A stretch of DNA of 64,000 nucleotides. Origin: Gammaproteobacteria bacterium. GTDB taxonomy: Bacteria; Pseudomonadota; Gammaproteobacteria; CAJXQU01. Positions 11,606 to 24,500 of this stretch are shown piece by piece. The position numbers were made by a program, and so were the translations under genes. A model generated the notes under the pieces. The model did no database searches. It saw only the letters and a program-made list of their open reading frames with translations, and was not told the DNA's origin. The first letter of the stretch is position 1. Each line of letters opens with the position of its first letter. Location of the stretch: contig CBDEGZ010000003.1 in the NCBI GenBank assembly GCA_965238175.1, forward strand, positions 896,001-960,000, in the 5' to 3' direction.

Positions 11606-12442
11606 TCAAGGCCATTGCCCAAGTGTTACTCTATCAAGGTTAGCATAATCTTGCAGTGTTTCGATCGCTCGGAAACCACGACTATCCAATAATTTCTGAA
11701 CAGTTTGTTTTTGATCATAACCGTGTTCAAGAACTAACCAGCCATTTTTATTTAAATGTTCAGGTGTTTCTTGAATGATTTCTCGTATGGCATCTAAACC
11801 ATCCGGTCCACTTGTTAGCGCCAGCAAGGGTTCATATTGAACATCGCCTTGTTTCAAACAGGAATGATCGTCAGCAATATAGGGAGGGTTACTGACGATA
11901 AGATCAAAACTAGACAGCCCTAACGCCTCACACCAATGCCCTTGCTGTAGTTTGATATTTTTCAGCTGCAGTTGATCAATATTTTTAGCCGTAACCTTTA
12001 AAGTGTCTTCGAATATATCTGTCGCAAGGATTTCACAATCAGAATTCTCCGTGGCTATTGAAACTGCAATTGCACCGCTTCCTGTTCCTAGATCAGCAAT
12101 AGTTTTGATTGAATGTTTTGTGAGCAAAGAATTTGCCAGTGCAACCAGATGCTCAGTTTCCGGGCGCGGAATCAGCGTGTTTTGATCAACAAATAAATCA
12201 AGCGACCAGAATTCGCGGTGTCCGGTTAGATGAGCAATAGGAATTCCTGAAACTCTTTTTTCTACCAGATCAGAGAATTGTTTCTGTTTTTGATCAGAAA
12301 TAATTTCTTCAGGATATTTATATAAATAACTGCGATCAATATTGAAGACATGGCAAAGTAAAACCTGTGCATCAATCTGAGGAGATTCTGATCCGTACAG
12401 TTTTTTTTGACCCTGCTCAAGCAAGGTCGCGATGGAACTCAT
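11606..12442 (-). CDS. prmC: Release factor glutamine methyltransferase
   Basis: [18 protein letters not shown] and NPPY motifs; follows prfA. Confidence 0.96.
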   Translation of the reverse strand: MSSIATLLEQGQKKLYGSESPQIDAQVLLCHVFNIDRSYLYKYPEEIISDQKQKQFSDLVEKRVSGIPIAHLTGHREFWSLDLFVDQNTLIPRPETEHLVALANSLLTKHSIKTIADLGTGSGAIAVSIATENSDCEILATDIFEDTLKVTAKNIDQLQLKNIKLQQGHWCEALGLSSFDLIVSNPPYIADDHSCLKQGDVQYEPLLALTSGPDGLDAIREIIQETPEHLNKNGWLVLEHGYDQKQTVQKLLDSRGFRAIETLQDYANLDRVTLGQWP

Positions 12443-13524
12443 GCGGAGGCCATAGAGGCAAATAGATCGGCCTGATGTTCCTGAATAAGTGGCTCGATAA
12501 TTTGATCAAGATCACCTTCTAAAATTTGATCAAGTTTATACAGCGTCAAATTAATTCGATGATCGGTAATGCGACCTTGAGGGAAATTATAAGTTCGGAT
12601 CCGTTCGGAACGATCACCACTTCCAACCAGACTACGACGATTTTCAGCTTGTTCCGATTCTTGTTTTTCGCGTTCGGCCGAAAGCAATCTTGATTTCAGA
12701 AAGTTCATCGCGTGCGCTTTGTTTTTATGCTGCGAACGCTCATCCTGACATTCAACAACAACACCAGTAGGTAGATGAGTGATCCGGATGGCAGAATCGG
12801 TTTTATTAACATGTTGCCCACCCGCGCCAGATGCACGAAATGTATCAATGCGAAGATCAGCCGGATTAATTTCTATGTCATCGACTTCTTCAACTTCTGG
12901 CAAAATCGCGACAGTACAAGCGGAGGTATGAATACGACCTTGAGATTCTGTTTCAGGTACACGCTGAACTCGATGTGCACCAGATTCAAACTTCATTCTG
13001 GAATAGGCACCTTGCCCAATAACACGAATAATTACCTCTTTGTAGCCACCGATTTCACTAATGCTCTGACTGATGGGTTCTATTTTCCAGTTTCGAGATT
13101 CCGTATAACGTGTATACATGCGTAAAAGAGCGCCAACAAACAGCGCCGCTTCATCGCCGCCCGTTCCAGCGCGTATCTCAAGAAAAATATTACTGTCATC
13201 GGAAGGATCTTTAGGTAATAACAAGATCTGTAATTCGTGTTCTAGTGCTTTAATTTGGTCTTCAGCTTCTTTCAATTCTTCTGCCGCGAGTTCTCGCATA
13301 TCAGGGTCAGAATCTTTGAGCATTTCCTGAGAACTAGTAATGGTTTCCTGATTCTCCTGATATTTCTGAAAGCAGAAAACGACAGGTTCTACTTCGGAAT
13401 ATTCACGTGAAAGTTCACGGAATTTATTTTGATCATTAATAATCTCTGGTGCAGAAAGCATGCCTTCCAGCTCTGTCTTACGTTCGGACAGGTTTTCCAG
13501 TTTTAGAATCAGGGAGTTTTTCAT
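12439..13524 (-). CDS. prfA: Peptide chain release factor 1
   Basis: GGQ motif and RF1-specific PxT (VPETE). Confidence 0.98.
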   Translation of the reverse strand: MKNSLILKLENLSERKTELEGMLSAPEIINDQNKFRELSREYSEVEPVVFCFQKYQENQETITSSQEMLKDSDPDMRELAAEELKEAEDQIKALEHELQILLLPKDPSDDSNIFLEIRAGTGGDEAALFVGALLRMYTRYTESRNWKIEPISQSISEIGGYKEVIIRVIGQGAYSRMKFESGAHRVQRVPETESQGRIHTSACTVAILPEVEEVDDIEINPADLRIDTFRASGAGGQHVNKTDSAIRITHLPTGVVVECQDERSQHKNKAHAMNFLKSRLLSAEREKQESEQAENRRSLVGSGDRSERIRTYNFPQGRITDHRINLTLYKLDQILEGDLDQIIEPLIQEHQADLFASMASA

Positions 13525-13672
13525 GAATAAAGTTCAGGTTGTTGTAGAAAAAGGGTAAAGCGTATCTTATAGATCAAGCAAGCCATTTTACCTGAAATAA
13601 AGATGAATTTGGGGCTTATCCCGAACCACGAAAAATCACGGGTTCGGATGCTTAAAAATGTTTTAGATATTA

Positions 13673-14035
13673 TTAATCAGAACTGCTGAGTTTTTTCGTA
13701 TCAGAATTTTGATCTTTAGCCATTACAAGGTTACCTTCGAAAATCGCACCTTCTGCGATGACTAAATCACGCGTGCTGACTTTGCCTTTGATCTTGCCTG
13801 TTTTAGCAATCTCAACCCGCGTAGCCGCAGTAATATCCCCTTCAAAGGTACCTTCTACAATACAAATATTTGTGACAACATTCGCCTCAACAGAACCAGC
13901 CTCACTAATTAAAAGTGTGCCGTTAATCCCTTTGATGGAACCATTCACCTTCCCATCAATATTAAGCGAGCCTTCAAAATTAATCTCACCCGAAAACTCA
14001 AAGCCTTGTCCCACAAGACCAATAGAATCCTTCAT
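13673..14035 (-). CDS. Bactofilin (polymer-forming cytoskeletal protein)
   Basis: Beta-helical Gly-rich repeats (FSGEINFEGSLNIDGKVNG...IAEGAIFEG). Confidence 0.88.
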   Translation of the reverse strand: MKDSIGLVGQGFEFSGEINFEGSLNIDGKVNGSIKGINGTLLISEAGSVEANVVTNICIVEGTFEGDITAATRVEIAKTGKIKGKVSTRDLVIAEGAIFEGNLVMAKDQNSDTKKLSSSD

Positions 14036-14077
14036 TACCTTTCCTCTAATAAATATTTAATACCGTAGGAAATATTC

Positions 14078-14094
14078 AGCATCTTTTATGCCAG
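14078..14094 (-). promoter_or_regulatory. Putative sigma-54 promoter for the bactofilin gene
   Basis: Minus strand CTGGCATAAAAGATGCT with GG-N10-GC spacing, about 40 nt upstream of the ATG. Confidence 0.5.
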
Positions 14095-14343
14095 CTAAGC
14101 AAGATATGGGCTAATAACATTTGTGAACGTGATGTTAAAGAGTAATTTTCCAAATTGGCCTATAAATAGAGGAAGCAGAAAATTTGAGTGTTCGTTATAA
14201 ATACCACACCCAAATTAAGCTTGATTAGTTAGTATGAAACAAACTTAAGGTATTTTTTATTGTCGAGTTTTAAGATCTACTATTTGTATTTATATAGGTC
14301 AGTGGAACAGGCTTATTTTTTAGTACAGCTACTCCTAAAAAAA

Positions 14344-14359
14344 TGGCACAAAAATTGAA
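14344..14359 (+). promoter_or_regulatory. Possible sigma-54 promoter for the adhesin-Rhs operon
   Basis: TGGCACAAAAATTGAA, one mismatch to TGGCAC-N5-TTGC. Confidence 0.35.
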
Positions 14360-14486
14360 TGTACAAACACAGAAGCACCAAACATTGACACAACAGTCAG
14401 GCTAAAAAACTGAACAACATAATCTAAGACAACCCCTGGGGCAGACCGTATTTGTGGACTCCCTGGGTCTGCATAGGAGAGCCGCA

Positions 14487-17400
14487 TTGAACATGCACCG
14501 CACATCTGCCCCAAGAACGCCACTCCCGACTTTCTTTCTCCTCAGTATTTTAATGAGTGCCAGCCAATCGGCATTTGCCGTCTGCGGCCCCTTAACCCAA
14601 GAAGCCGAAACAGGGACATTAAATGGTGATTTTGGTGTAGTCGCCGACAGCACCGCCAGCGGTGGCCAATACGTGGAAGTCCCGGCCAACAGCACCTCCA
14701 CCCAAAGCGGACTCTCCAATCACTATACCGAATATTGCTTTAATGTCACCCAAGCCGGCACCTACCGAATTGAAGGCACCGCCCGCGCATCAAACAGCTC
14801 ATACAACTCCTTCCGCGTGACCGTGAACGACAACCCAAGCAGTGGTCATGCCTGGGCCTTCAGCCACGGTAATGGCTTTGTGACCGAAGAAATAGCCGGT
14901 GGCAATGGCAGTGGCAGCCCCGAAGACTTCAGCCTAAACGCCGGTGACAACACCGTGCGCTTCTACCTGCGCGAAGACGGTGCCCAATTAGACAAAGTCC
15001 GCCTTGTCCTACAAGGTGGTAGTTCAAACAACACCGCCCCCAATGTCACCATCAGCAGCCCCAACAACGGCACCAACGTCACCCAAGGCAGCAATATAAC
15101 CTTAACCGCCACCGCCAATGACACCGAAGACGGCAGCCTAACCAACACTATCAGCTGGAGCTCAAACCACGATGGCAGCTTAGGCACCGGTGGCAGCGTG
15201 AGCCTAAGTAATTTAAGTGCAAACACCCATACGATAACCGCCAGCGTCACCGACAGTGGCGGATTGTCTGGAAACAGCACTATCAGTCTTACCGTCACCG
15301 TCACGACTACCGGTGGCAGTACCGTCACCGACATCATCGTCGACAACAGCGATAACAACACCCACACAACCGGCACCTGGTTAAACTCAAGCACAACACC
15401 AACACACGATGGAAGCAACTCTGTTTATAGCAATACCAATGGCAGCTTTCGGTGGACACCGAACATTATCACCGCCGGAGAATACACCGTCTATGCCTGG
15501 TGGACCTATTACGCAAGCCGACCTTCGGCCGCGTCCTACACCCTTCAACACAGTAGTGGCAGCAGTGTGGTGACCAAAGCCCAGAACGATCAATCACTGG
15601 GCGGACAATGGGTTGAATTAGGCACCTACACCTTCGCCGCCGGTAGTGCAGGCTATGTTGAACTCACCAGTAACACCAGCGGCAACTTCAGTGCTGATGC
15701 GATTAGATTAGTCCATAGCGGTGGTGGGAGTGAGCCGAGCGGTGGTGGCGGCAGCTGCGGCCCCTTAACCCAAGAAGCCGAAACAGGGACATTAAATGGT
15801 GATTTTGGTGTAGTCGCCGACAGCACCGCCAGCGGTGGCCAATACGTGGAAGTCCCGGCCAACAGCACCTCCACCCAAAGCGGACTCTCCAATCACTATA
15901 CCGAATATTGCTTTAATGTCACCCAAGCCGGCACCTACCGAATTGAAGGCACCGCCCGCGCATCAAACAGCTCATACAACTCCTTCCGCGTGACCGTGAA
16001 CGACAACCCAAGCAGTGGTCATGCCTGGGCCTTCAGCCACGGTAATGGCTTTGTGACCGAAGAAATAGCCGGTGGCAATGGCAGTGGCAGCCCCGAAGAC
16101 TTCAGCCTAAACGCCGGCGACAACACCGTGCGCTTCTACCTACGCGAAGACGGTGCTCAACTGGACAAAGTCCGCCTTGTCCTACAAGGTGGCGGTAACA
16201 CCGCCCCCAGTGTCACCATCAGCAACCCCAACAACGGCACCAACGTCACCCAAGGCAGCAATATAACCTTAACCGCCACCGCCAATGACACCGAAGACGG
16301 CAGCCTAACCAACACTATCAGCTGGAGCTCAAACCACGATGGCAGCTTAGGCACCGGTGGCAGCGTGAGCCTAAGTAATTTAAGTGCAAACACCCATACG
16401 ATAACCGCCAGCGTCACCGACAGTGGCGGATTGTCTGGAAACAGCACTATCAGTCTTACCGTCACCGTCACGACTACCGGTGGCAGTACCGTCACCGACA
16501 TCATCGTCGACAACAGCGATAACAACACCCACACAACCGGCACCTGGTTAAACTCAAGCACAACACCAACACACGATGGAAGCAACTCTGTTTATAGCAA
16601 TACCAATGGCAGCTTTCGGTGGACACCGAACATTATCACCGCCGGAGAATACACCGTCTATGCCTGGTGGACCTATTACGCAAGCCGACCTTCGGCCGCG
16701 TCCTACACCCTTCAACACAATGGTGGCAGCAGTGTGGTGACCAAAGCCCAGAACGATCAATCACTGGGCGGACAATGGGTTGAATTAGGCACCTACACCT
16801 TCGCCGCCGGTAGTGCAGGCTATGTTGAACTCACCAGTAACACCAGCGGTAACTTCAGTGCCGATGCAATTAAATTAGTCCATGGTGGTGGGAGTAGGCC
16901 GAGCAGTAGTAATGCTGATCCAGTAATCAGCACAATTGGTACCCAAACGGCGACGGTGGGCAGTAGCAAGACCATCAATGTGAGTGCCAGCGACAGTGAT
17001 AGTGGTGACACCTTGAGCTTTATTCTGGAGAGTGCGCCGAGTTTTGTGAGCTTGACCGACAATGGCAATCGCACCGCCACTCTCGCTGTGAGTAGCAACA
17101 GTACATCAGGTCATCACAACATTGTTGTGAGTGTACGTGATGCTAACGGTAGCAGTGACAGCGAGAGCGTTGTGTTGACAGTGAGTGGTCAAATTGCCGC
17201 AAACCTCGTTGACTGGCAAGTAGTTGGAACGAATGATTTTGATGGCGATGGCAAGTTCGACACCTTGTTACACAACTTCAGTACGGGTGAAGTTTGGATG
17301 TATCTCATGGACGCGGCTCAAGTGAGCACGAGTGCCCATGTTACCAATGTTGGCGCGAATTGGCGCGTTGCAGGAACGGGTGATTTTAATGGCGACGGCA

Positions 17401-18491
17401 AAGCGGATGTTCTGTGGCGAGAAACAATCACACATAAGACCCGAGTCTACCTGATGAATGGAACAACGGTGAGTGCAGATCAAGCGGTCAGTAATGCTAC
17501 GGAACTTCCAGAGTGGCAGATAAGAGGCGTCGATGATTTTGACGGTGATGGTAAAGCAGATATTTTGTGGCGCAATATCAATACAGAACGAAGCTGGATG
17601 TACTTAATGAATGGTTCCACCATCGTTAGTCAGGGGATTGTCGCTGATCACGGACCTAATTGGAGAATTAAAGGGACAGGTGATTTTAATGGCGATGGCA
17701 AGGCCGATATCTTATTTAGAAATACGGTATCAGACAAGAATATTATCTTCCTGATGAACGGCAACAGCATCTTGCAGCAAAGCGCAGAGCTCACGTTTGC
17801 CGCCTTGGTTTGGGAAGTTCGCGGTGTTGCTGACTTCAATGGCGATGGTAAAGCAGACATCCTGTGGCGACACAAGACGACCGGTGAAAATCGGATCTAT
17901 ATGATGAATTCCTTCACGGTAACGTCCAACCAGAGCGTGAATACAGAAGCGGATCTCGCCTGGAAGATTGTGGGTGTCGGTGATTTTAATGGCGATGGTA
18001 AATCGGATATCTATTGGCGTTATGACACGGATGGTCAGCACCGTTTGTACTTAATGAATGGCGCTAGCATCAATGCGAGTGTGCTTATCGATCAAACCCT
18101 TCCTCAGCAGACACTTACGGTTAGTGTTTCCACGCTCTCCTTTACATTAGACGAAGGGACTACTGGAACGCAGAGCATCTTTTTTACTAGCACGAGCAAT
18201 GACGGTGTGAGTAGTCTACCTGACTTAATATCGCTAGAGGGATGGTTATCGTCAACGAATGGAAGATTTTCAAATGGCGCCAAGATCACGGTTGATACGA
18301 CGGGATTAGCACTAGGCACCTACACCAGTGATGTCATCGCAATATTAGCGAATCATACAACGGCCACGATACGCGTAACGTTAGAGGTCACGCAAGCATC
18401 AGGCCTAGGCCCAGGACCCGTCCTCGTCTTTGTCGAAAACGACTGCCCTACTGAGCCGGATGTTGCGTTCCCAACGCCCCTGACACCCTAA
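14487..18491 (+). CDS. Large secreted adhesin-like protein: 2x (CBM-like, Ig-like, golvesin-like) + cadherin-like + FG-GAP/VCBS repeats + BACON-like C-terminus
   Basis: Signal peptide (FFLLSILMSASQSAFA); QEAETG, NTAPxVTI and IIVDNSD domains; about six GDFNGDGKADILWR repeats; AGGAG RBS before TTG 14487/ATG 14493. Confidence 0.8.
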   Translation: MNMHRTSAPRTPLPTFFLLSILMSASQSAFAVCGPLTQEAETGTLNGDFGVVADSTASGGQYVEVPANSTSTQSGLSNHYTEYCFNVTQAGTYRIEGTARASNSSYNSFRVTVNDNPSSGHAWAFSHGNGFVTEEIAGGNGSGSPEDFSLNAGDNTVRFYLREDGAQLDKVRLVLQGGSSNNTAPNVTISSPNNGTNVTQGSNITLTATANDTEDGSLTNTISWSSNHDGSLGTGGSVSLSNLSANTHTITASVTDSGGLSGNSTISLTVTVTTTGGSTVTDIIVDNSDNNTHTTGTWLNSSTTPTHDGSNSVYSNTNGSFRWTPNIITAGEYTVYAWWTYYASRPSAASYTLQHSSGSSVVTKAQNDQSLGGQWVELGTYTFAAGSAGYVELTSNTSGNFSADAIRLVHSGGGSEPSGGGGSCGPLTQEAETGTLNGDFGVVADSTASGGQYVEVPANSTSTQSGLSNHYTEYCFNVTQAGTYRIEGTARASNSSYNSFRVTVNDNPSSGHAWAFSHGNGFVTEEIAGGNGSGSPEDFSLNAGDNTVRFYLREDGAQLDKVRLVLQGGGNTAPSVTISNPNNGTNVTQGSNITLTATANDTEDGSLTNTISWSSNHDGSLGTGGSVSLSNLSANTHTITASVTDSGGLSGNSTISLTVTVTTTGGSTVTDIIVDNSDNNTHTTGTWLNSSTTPTHDGSNSVYSNTNGSFRWTPNIITAGEYTVYAWWTYYASRPSAASYTLQHNGGSSVVTKAQNDQSLGGQWVELGTYTFAAGSAGYVELTSNTSGNFSADAIKLVHGGGSRPSSSNADPVISTIGTQTATVGSSKTINVSASDSDSGDTLSFILESAPSFVSLTDNGNRTATLAVSSNSTSGHHNIVVSVRDANGSSDSESVVLTVSGQIAANLVDWQVVGTNDFDGDGKFDTLLHNFSTGEVWMYLMDAAQVSTSAHVTNVGANWRVAGTGDFNGDGKADVLWRETITHKTRVYLMNGTTVSADQAVSNATELPEWQIRGVDDFDGDGKADILWRNINTERSWMYLMNGSTIVSQGIVADHGPNWRIKGTGDFNGDGKADILFRNTVSDKNIIFLMNGNSILQQSAELTFAALVWEVRGVADFNGDGKADILWRHKTTGENRIYMMNSFTVTSNQSVNTEADLAWKIVGVGDFNGDGKSDIYWRYDTDGQHRLYLMNGASINASVLIDQTLPQQTLTVSVSTLSFTLDEGTTGTQSIFFTSTSNDGVSSLPDLISLEGWLSSTNGRFSNGAKITVDTTGLALGTYTSDVIAILANHTTATIRVTLEVTQASGLGPGPVLVFVENDCPTEPDVAFPTPLTP
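14582..16907 (+). repeat. Intragenic tandem duplication, about 1.16 kb x2 (14582-15740 and 15755-16907)
   Basis: Near-identical DNA at offset 1173/1167; shadow ORFs in the track are duplicated. Confidence 0.95.
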
Positions 18492-18597
18492 AGGATACAC
18501 ACACAACAACCGATAAAGACAGCCGCCTCAACACATTGTGCTGAGGAAGCCTAAAGAGACACGGCACAGACGTGCCACACACGACAGGAAAATGCAG

Positions 18598-21500
18598 ATG
18601 ACACGCCAAACACAGACAGGCCTTGGAACTCACCCACGCAGAGTTAACGCTTTTGTTGCCAGCTTAATTTTCGCCTTAATGTCATTAACCACATCGGTGA
18701 TGCAAGCGGCAGTGCCGGGCCTCACCCCGGGAGAGCTGAGTGTTGGTCAGTCGGGTGCGGCAGAATACAATGTGCCGATTGCAGTGCCACCGGGCACGGC
18801 TGGCATGGCACCGATCTTATCGTTGAACTACAGCAGCAACAGCGGCAATGGGCCGCTAGGGGTCGGGTGGTCATTAAGTGGTCTATCGGCGATTACCCGC
18901 TGTCCACAGACCCTGGCACAAGATGGACAAATACGCGCAGTGAAGTTTGACACTCAGGATAAGTTTTGTCTGGATGGCCAGCGTCTAGTCGTCTCAAACG
19001 GCGGTGCCTATGGTGCCAATGGTACACAATATCGCACTGAGATGGATAACTTTAGTTTGATTACTTCGCACGGCAGTGGCTCAGGCTCACCTGTCAGTGG
19101 ACCAAACTACTTCACCGTCAAAACCAAAGCCGGTCAAACGATGTTTTACGGCACGACAACGGACTCAAACATTGACAGCCTCAACGGCGGACACGTGCGC
19201 ACCTGGGCCTTAAACCAGCTCCACGACACGGTCGGTAACTACATCAATTTCACTTATGAAGAAGATACCGACAAGCAAGATTACCGGATAGCGCGGATAG
19301 ATTACACCGGCAACGTTAATGGCAGGGGCCCCTACAGCTCGGTACGGTTTGCGTACATGCCACGGCCAAGACTGGCCAAAGGTTACATTGCAGGCCACCC
19401 CTTTGCACAACGTAAGCTGATGACAAACATCAAGACCTATGCAGGTGAGACGCAGGTGAAAGACTATCGGCTGCATTATGAGATGACCGGTGTGGTGGGG
19501 CAACCGCGCATCGAAGAAATCAAAGAGTGTGATGGTGGTGGTCAGTGTTTTAATCCGTTGACGTTTGACTGGTCGCCGGAGTTGATGGGGTATAGTGATT
19601 CGCGGAGTATTTTCCTAGTGCCGCTTAAAGAAAGCGACGGTGTACAGTGGGTCGATCATAATGGCGATGGCAACACCGATTTTTGTTATATCAACAAATA
19701 CGGTACGCCTATCTGTCATGTCTCTAATGGCACAATGCTTAATCAAACCCCCATCAGCGCCGGTTTTACCGTTAATAAAGGCTATGATGAAGGCCGTGAA
19801 TGGATCGACGTTAATGGCGATGGCAAGGCGGATTTTTGTCGCGTCGTTGGAAACTCAAGTAATCCACAGATAGCCTGTAACACATCAACTGGTAATGGGT
19901 TAAATAGCGCGTTCTCAGGTAGCCTCTCACCGGAAGGCTGGGGGCAGGGGCAGGGTCGCCGATGGGTGGATTTTAATGGTGATGGACGAGCGGATTATTG
20001 TCGAGTGACAGGATCTAACCGTGCCGCCTGTACGCTCTCAACCGGTACTGGCTTTGGTCAGACTATTATCGGCACAGGTTTAGTTTATGGAACCGGTGCG
20101 AATGGAAAAAATATCCGTGACTGGGAAGACGTCAATGGCGATGGTCTGGTGGATTTTTGTCGGACGCTGACGGATAACAGTAAGGTTTGTAACCTTTCTA
20201 CCGGTACCGGGTTTGATCCCACTCCCTATCAAACGGCAGCCCATGCAGTAAGTGGTTACTCTGGCTCCACCGCCTGGGTGGATATCAATGGCGATGGCAA
20301 TAAAGATCTCTGTGGCCTCTTCAAAGAAGGAGAAATCCAAAGCAAGACCCCCCTCGTTCCAGGCCTTTTGGAGAATCAACAATATAAATTCACCATTAGT
20401 GAAGCTCGATTTTATGCTAAGTGTAATTTGTATACCGGTACGGGTTTCGCCAACACCATTGAAAAAGAAATGTTATATGTTCCTGAGAAATCGTGTTTCA
20501 GCTATGAAGGTATTTCATGTGACATATTGCAAAGGGAACCCGAAACAAACGTTAAACTTAAGTGGAAAGACGTCAACAACGATGGGCTTGTTGATGCGTG
20601 TAGATTTGGTGCATGCGCACTCTCTAATGGCAGTGGCTTTGGGCCACTGGTGACTGGGGTAAACACACATTTTGAGAATAGCAAGACAACCGATGAGATT
20701 TTTGCCGATGTCAACGGCGATGCCATCGCCGACGCTTGTTACATTCGTTTTCGTAGTCAAAAAGACGATAATATCACTTGCAGAATCGGCAACACCCGCC
20801 CCCAGATGCGCATTATCAAAGTCACCAACAGCCTTGGTAGCCCCACCGAGATTGAATACAAACCGATGACCGACAGCAGCGTCTACAGTAAATCTGCGGA
20901 TGTGGTTCCGAAAACAACAGGCTACCCTTACCTTGACGTCCAAGCCCCGATGTACGTAGTCTCCAAGGTTAAAAATGACAATGGCCTCGGCCTCGGCATC
21001 ACCAACGACGTCGACTACACCTATGCAGGCGCCAAAGTCCACCTAAAAGGCCGTGGTTTTGCTGGTTTTCGTTGGATGTTTGCCTACAACAGAGCCCAAG
21101 GCACCTATGCGGCGACCGAGTTCCATCAAGACTTCCCACTCGCCGGCATGGTCGCCTACACACGTAGCAACCTGATTGCAGACAATAGCCTGATTAGTCA
21201 AACCAACAACACCTATAACGTTGTGGCAAGAACCGACGGCAGCTATTTTCCCTATCTTCAAACCAGTAACCAAGTCACATACGAACTCGGCGGAGCCATG
21301 GTCAAACAAACCGTTACAGACTACGTCTACGATGATTATGGTAACCCGATCTCGATTAAAGTGGCCACCGCAGGCCTCGACCAAAATACCTTCCGCACAG
21401 AAACCACCAACACCTACGACGCGTCCAGTACCGCCATCAGCAAATGGTACCTAGGCCGCTTAACCACCACCGCCGTCACGCAAACCGCCAACGGCAAGAC

Positions 21501-24500
21501 CGCAACCCGTAAATCAGCGTTTGAATACGACATCAATGGTCACGGCATGCTGATGAAAGAAATCATCGAGCCGAATAACCCCGCACTTCGATTAGAAACC
21601 GCCTATCAATACGACGCCTACGGTAACAAAACCCGCGTCACCGCCTTGGGCGGCAGCGGATCTACCGCCATCACCGCCCGCAGCACACGAACAGAATATA
21701 GCGGCGGCGGTCACAACACCGGGCAATTCCCGATCAAAATCACCAATGCGATGGGCGAATCTGAAACCCATACCTACGATGCGCGCTTTGGCGTCATGAC
21801 CAAACTCACCGGCCCCAATGGTCTGGAGACCACCTGGCAATACGATAGCTTTGGACGCAAGATAAAAGAGACACGGGCAGATAGCACGACAACCACCTTT
21901 ACTCGTAACTGGTGTGCTAAATACTGTAAGACCTCCCTGACCACCCAAAGCACTGGCAGTGCGCCTGCTCTGGAAGCCTTTGACCGACTCGGCCGAATTC
22001 AATATGTCAATACCTATGGTCTTGGAAATGATCTGTCTGGCAGCAATGTCTACACAGATCTAAATATCATTAACCCCCGCATTATCAGTGTAGCAACCCA
22101 ATACAATATTCGCGGTGAAATCAAACGAACCTCACAACCCTTCTATCTTCAGAGCCCCATTCACTGGACCAACTTCACCTACGACGCCCTCGGCCGGCCG
22201 CTAACCGAAACCGACGCCAACGGCACCACCGGTTATGAATATAAGGGACTAACATCAACCCTCACCAACCGCCTCAACCAAAAAACCACCCGGCGAGTTA
22301 ATGCGCGTGACGAATTGATCCAAACCACCGACAACCTAGGCTTCAACACCTATTACCAATATGATGCACAGGGCAACCAAACCCAAGTCACTGACCACCT
22401 CGGCAACATCACCACCATTGACTACGACGCCCGTGGTCGCAAAATCGCCATGAACGACCCCGACATGGGCGACTGGGAATACAGCTACAACGCCCTCGGA
22501 GAGCTGATAAGCCAAACCGACGCCAAAGGCCAAATCACCCGCATGGAATACGATATTCTAGGGCGCATGATCACACGCACAGACGCGGAATGTAACAGCT
22601 TCTGGGTCTATGGCTCACACAGCAACACCGGCGCAAGTGATAAGGCCATCGGCAAACTCATCTACAGCCAAAAAGGCCAGCAAGAAAAAATCTTCACTCG
22701 CTACGACAGCCTAGGCCGTCCGAATGAAATTGAAACAAGACTACAGTTTGAAGCCACCAACAAAACCTACCTCACCCAAACAAATTACGACACGCTCGGA
22801 CGAGTACAAGACATCACCTATCCGGCCAGCAACGACTACCCAACAGGCCTCGTAGTCAGAAACCACTACGACGCCAACGGCCATATGCACAAAGTCACCG
22901 GCCCCAACAACATCACCTACTGGCAAGCCACCAAACAAAATGCGCGAGGCCAGATAACCGAGTTCCGTATGGGCAATGGCGCCACCGAAACCCAACGGTC
23001 TTATAATGCAATAAACGGCCTGGTAAGCAACATCAACACCCGTAACGATAATGGAACTGACAACATTCAGAAACTTGGCTTTACCTTTGACGTCGCCGGC
23101 AACCTCAAAACCCGCCGAGGCTACGACCAAGGCAATAACACCAACCTCGAAGAAAACTTCCATTATGACGGCATCAATCGCCTCATCGTGTCACAGCTTG
23201 GCGATGGGTCACATCGAAAGCAATACGACTACGACGCGCTCGGCAACCTCACCTTCAAAACCGGGGTTGGCACCTACGACTACACCAACGGCCGTCCACA
23301 TGCGGTGAGCAACACCTCGATTGGGAGTAAACAATACCAATACGACGACAATGGCAACATGATGAGCGGTGATGGTCGAACCATCACCTGGTCACCGTAC
23401 AACAAACCGATCAAAATTGAGAAAGACGGTGTACAAACCGCCACCCAATTTGACTACGGCGCGAACCGCAACCGCATTCGGCAGGTAAATGATCAAAAAA
23501 TCATTTATTACGTCAACGGCCTGTTTGAGCAGGAATACGATGGCACCACCACCACCGACGTGCACTACATCAAAGCCGGTGGCAGCACCATTGCGATTGT
23601 TAAATCCAAAGGCACCAACGACCCACTAGAAACCCGCTACCTGCACAAAGACCACTTAGGCGGCATTGAGTCGATTACAAATGAACAAGGTAACCTAGTC
23701 CAACAGTTTAGCTATGACCCGCATGGCAAACGCCGGGCGGTTAACTGGACCGATGATGACAATGTCAGCAACCCGGCTATTTATCAATTTGACACCCAAC
23801 GTGGCTTTACCGGGCATGAACACCTGGACGAGGTGGGGCTAATTCACATGAACGGCCGAGTCTATGACCCGACGCTTGGACGGTTTATCAGTGCAGATCC
23901 GTTTGTGCAGTTCCCGGACAATGGCCAGTCATTGAACCGCTATTCGTATGTGTTGAACAATCCACTCAGTTATTCTGACCCCAGTGGGTTCTTTTTTAAG
24001 AAGTTGTTTAGGAATAAGATTTTTAGGATTGTGGCGAGTATTGCAGTTAACTTTTTACCCGGGTTTCAAGCACTTGGGCCTTTATTGAATGCTGCACTGA
24101 AAGGGTTTGCGGCAAGTTTTATAGGCAGCGGCGGTGATTTAAGATCAGGGTTTATTGGTGCAGTGACGATGGGCGCATTCCAGAAACTGGGAGGTGCCGG
24201 TGCAATTGCAGGGAAAATTGGAGGTTTTACAGGTGATGTTGTCGAGGTCGTGGCTCATGGTGTTGTTGGAGGTGTCTCTGCCATCGCCCGTGGTGGTAGG
24301 TTTATCCAGGGGTTCTTGCCTGCCGGGTTGAGTAGTGCAACGAGCTTGTCTGGTTTCTTAAGGAACTTAGATGATGTGACGCAAGGTTTTGCGCAGGCTG
24401 TTATTGGTGGAACCGCTTCTGTGTTGGGTGGCGGTAAGTTTGCTAATGGCGCGGTGACGAGTGCGTTTGTTTATGCGGCGGGGAGGGTTGGGCAGGCGAG

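Noticed and set aside
13304-13310. GGGTCAG motif inside prfA
   Set aside because: Isolated, within core coding sequence, and expected by chance.
14430-14480. Hairpin (GCAGACC...GGTCTGC) upstream of the adhesin RBS as a riboswitch
   Set aside because: No recognisable riboswitch consensus such as c-di-GMP.
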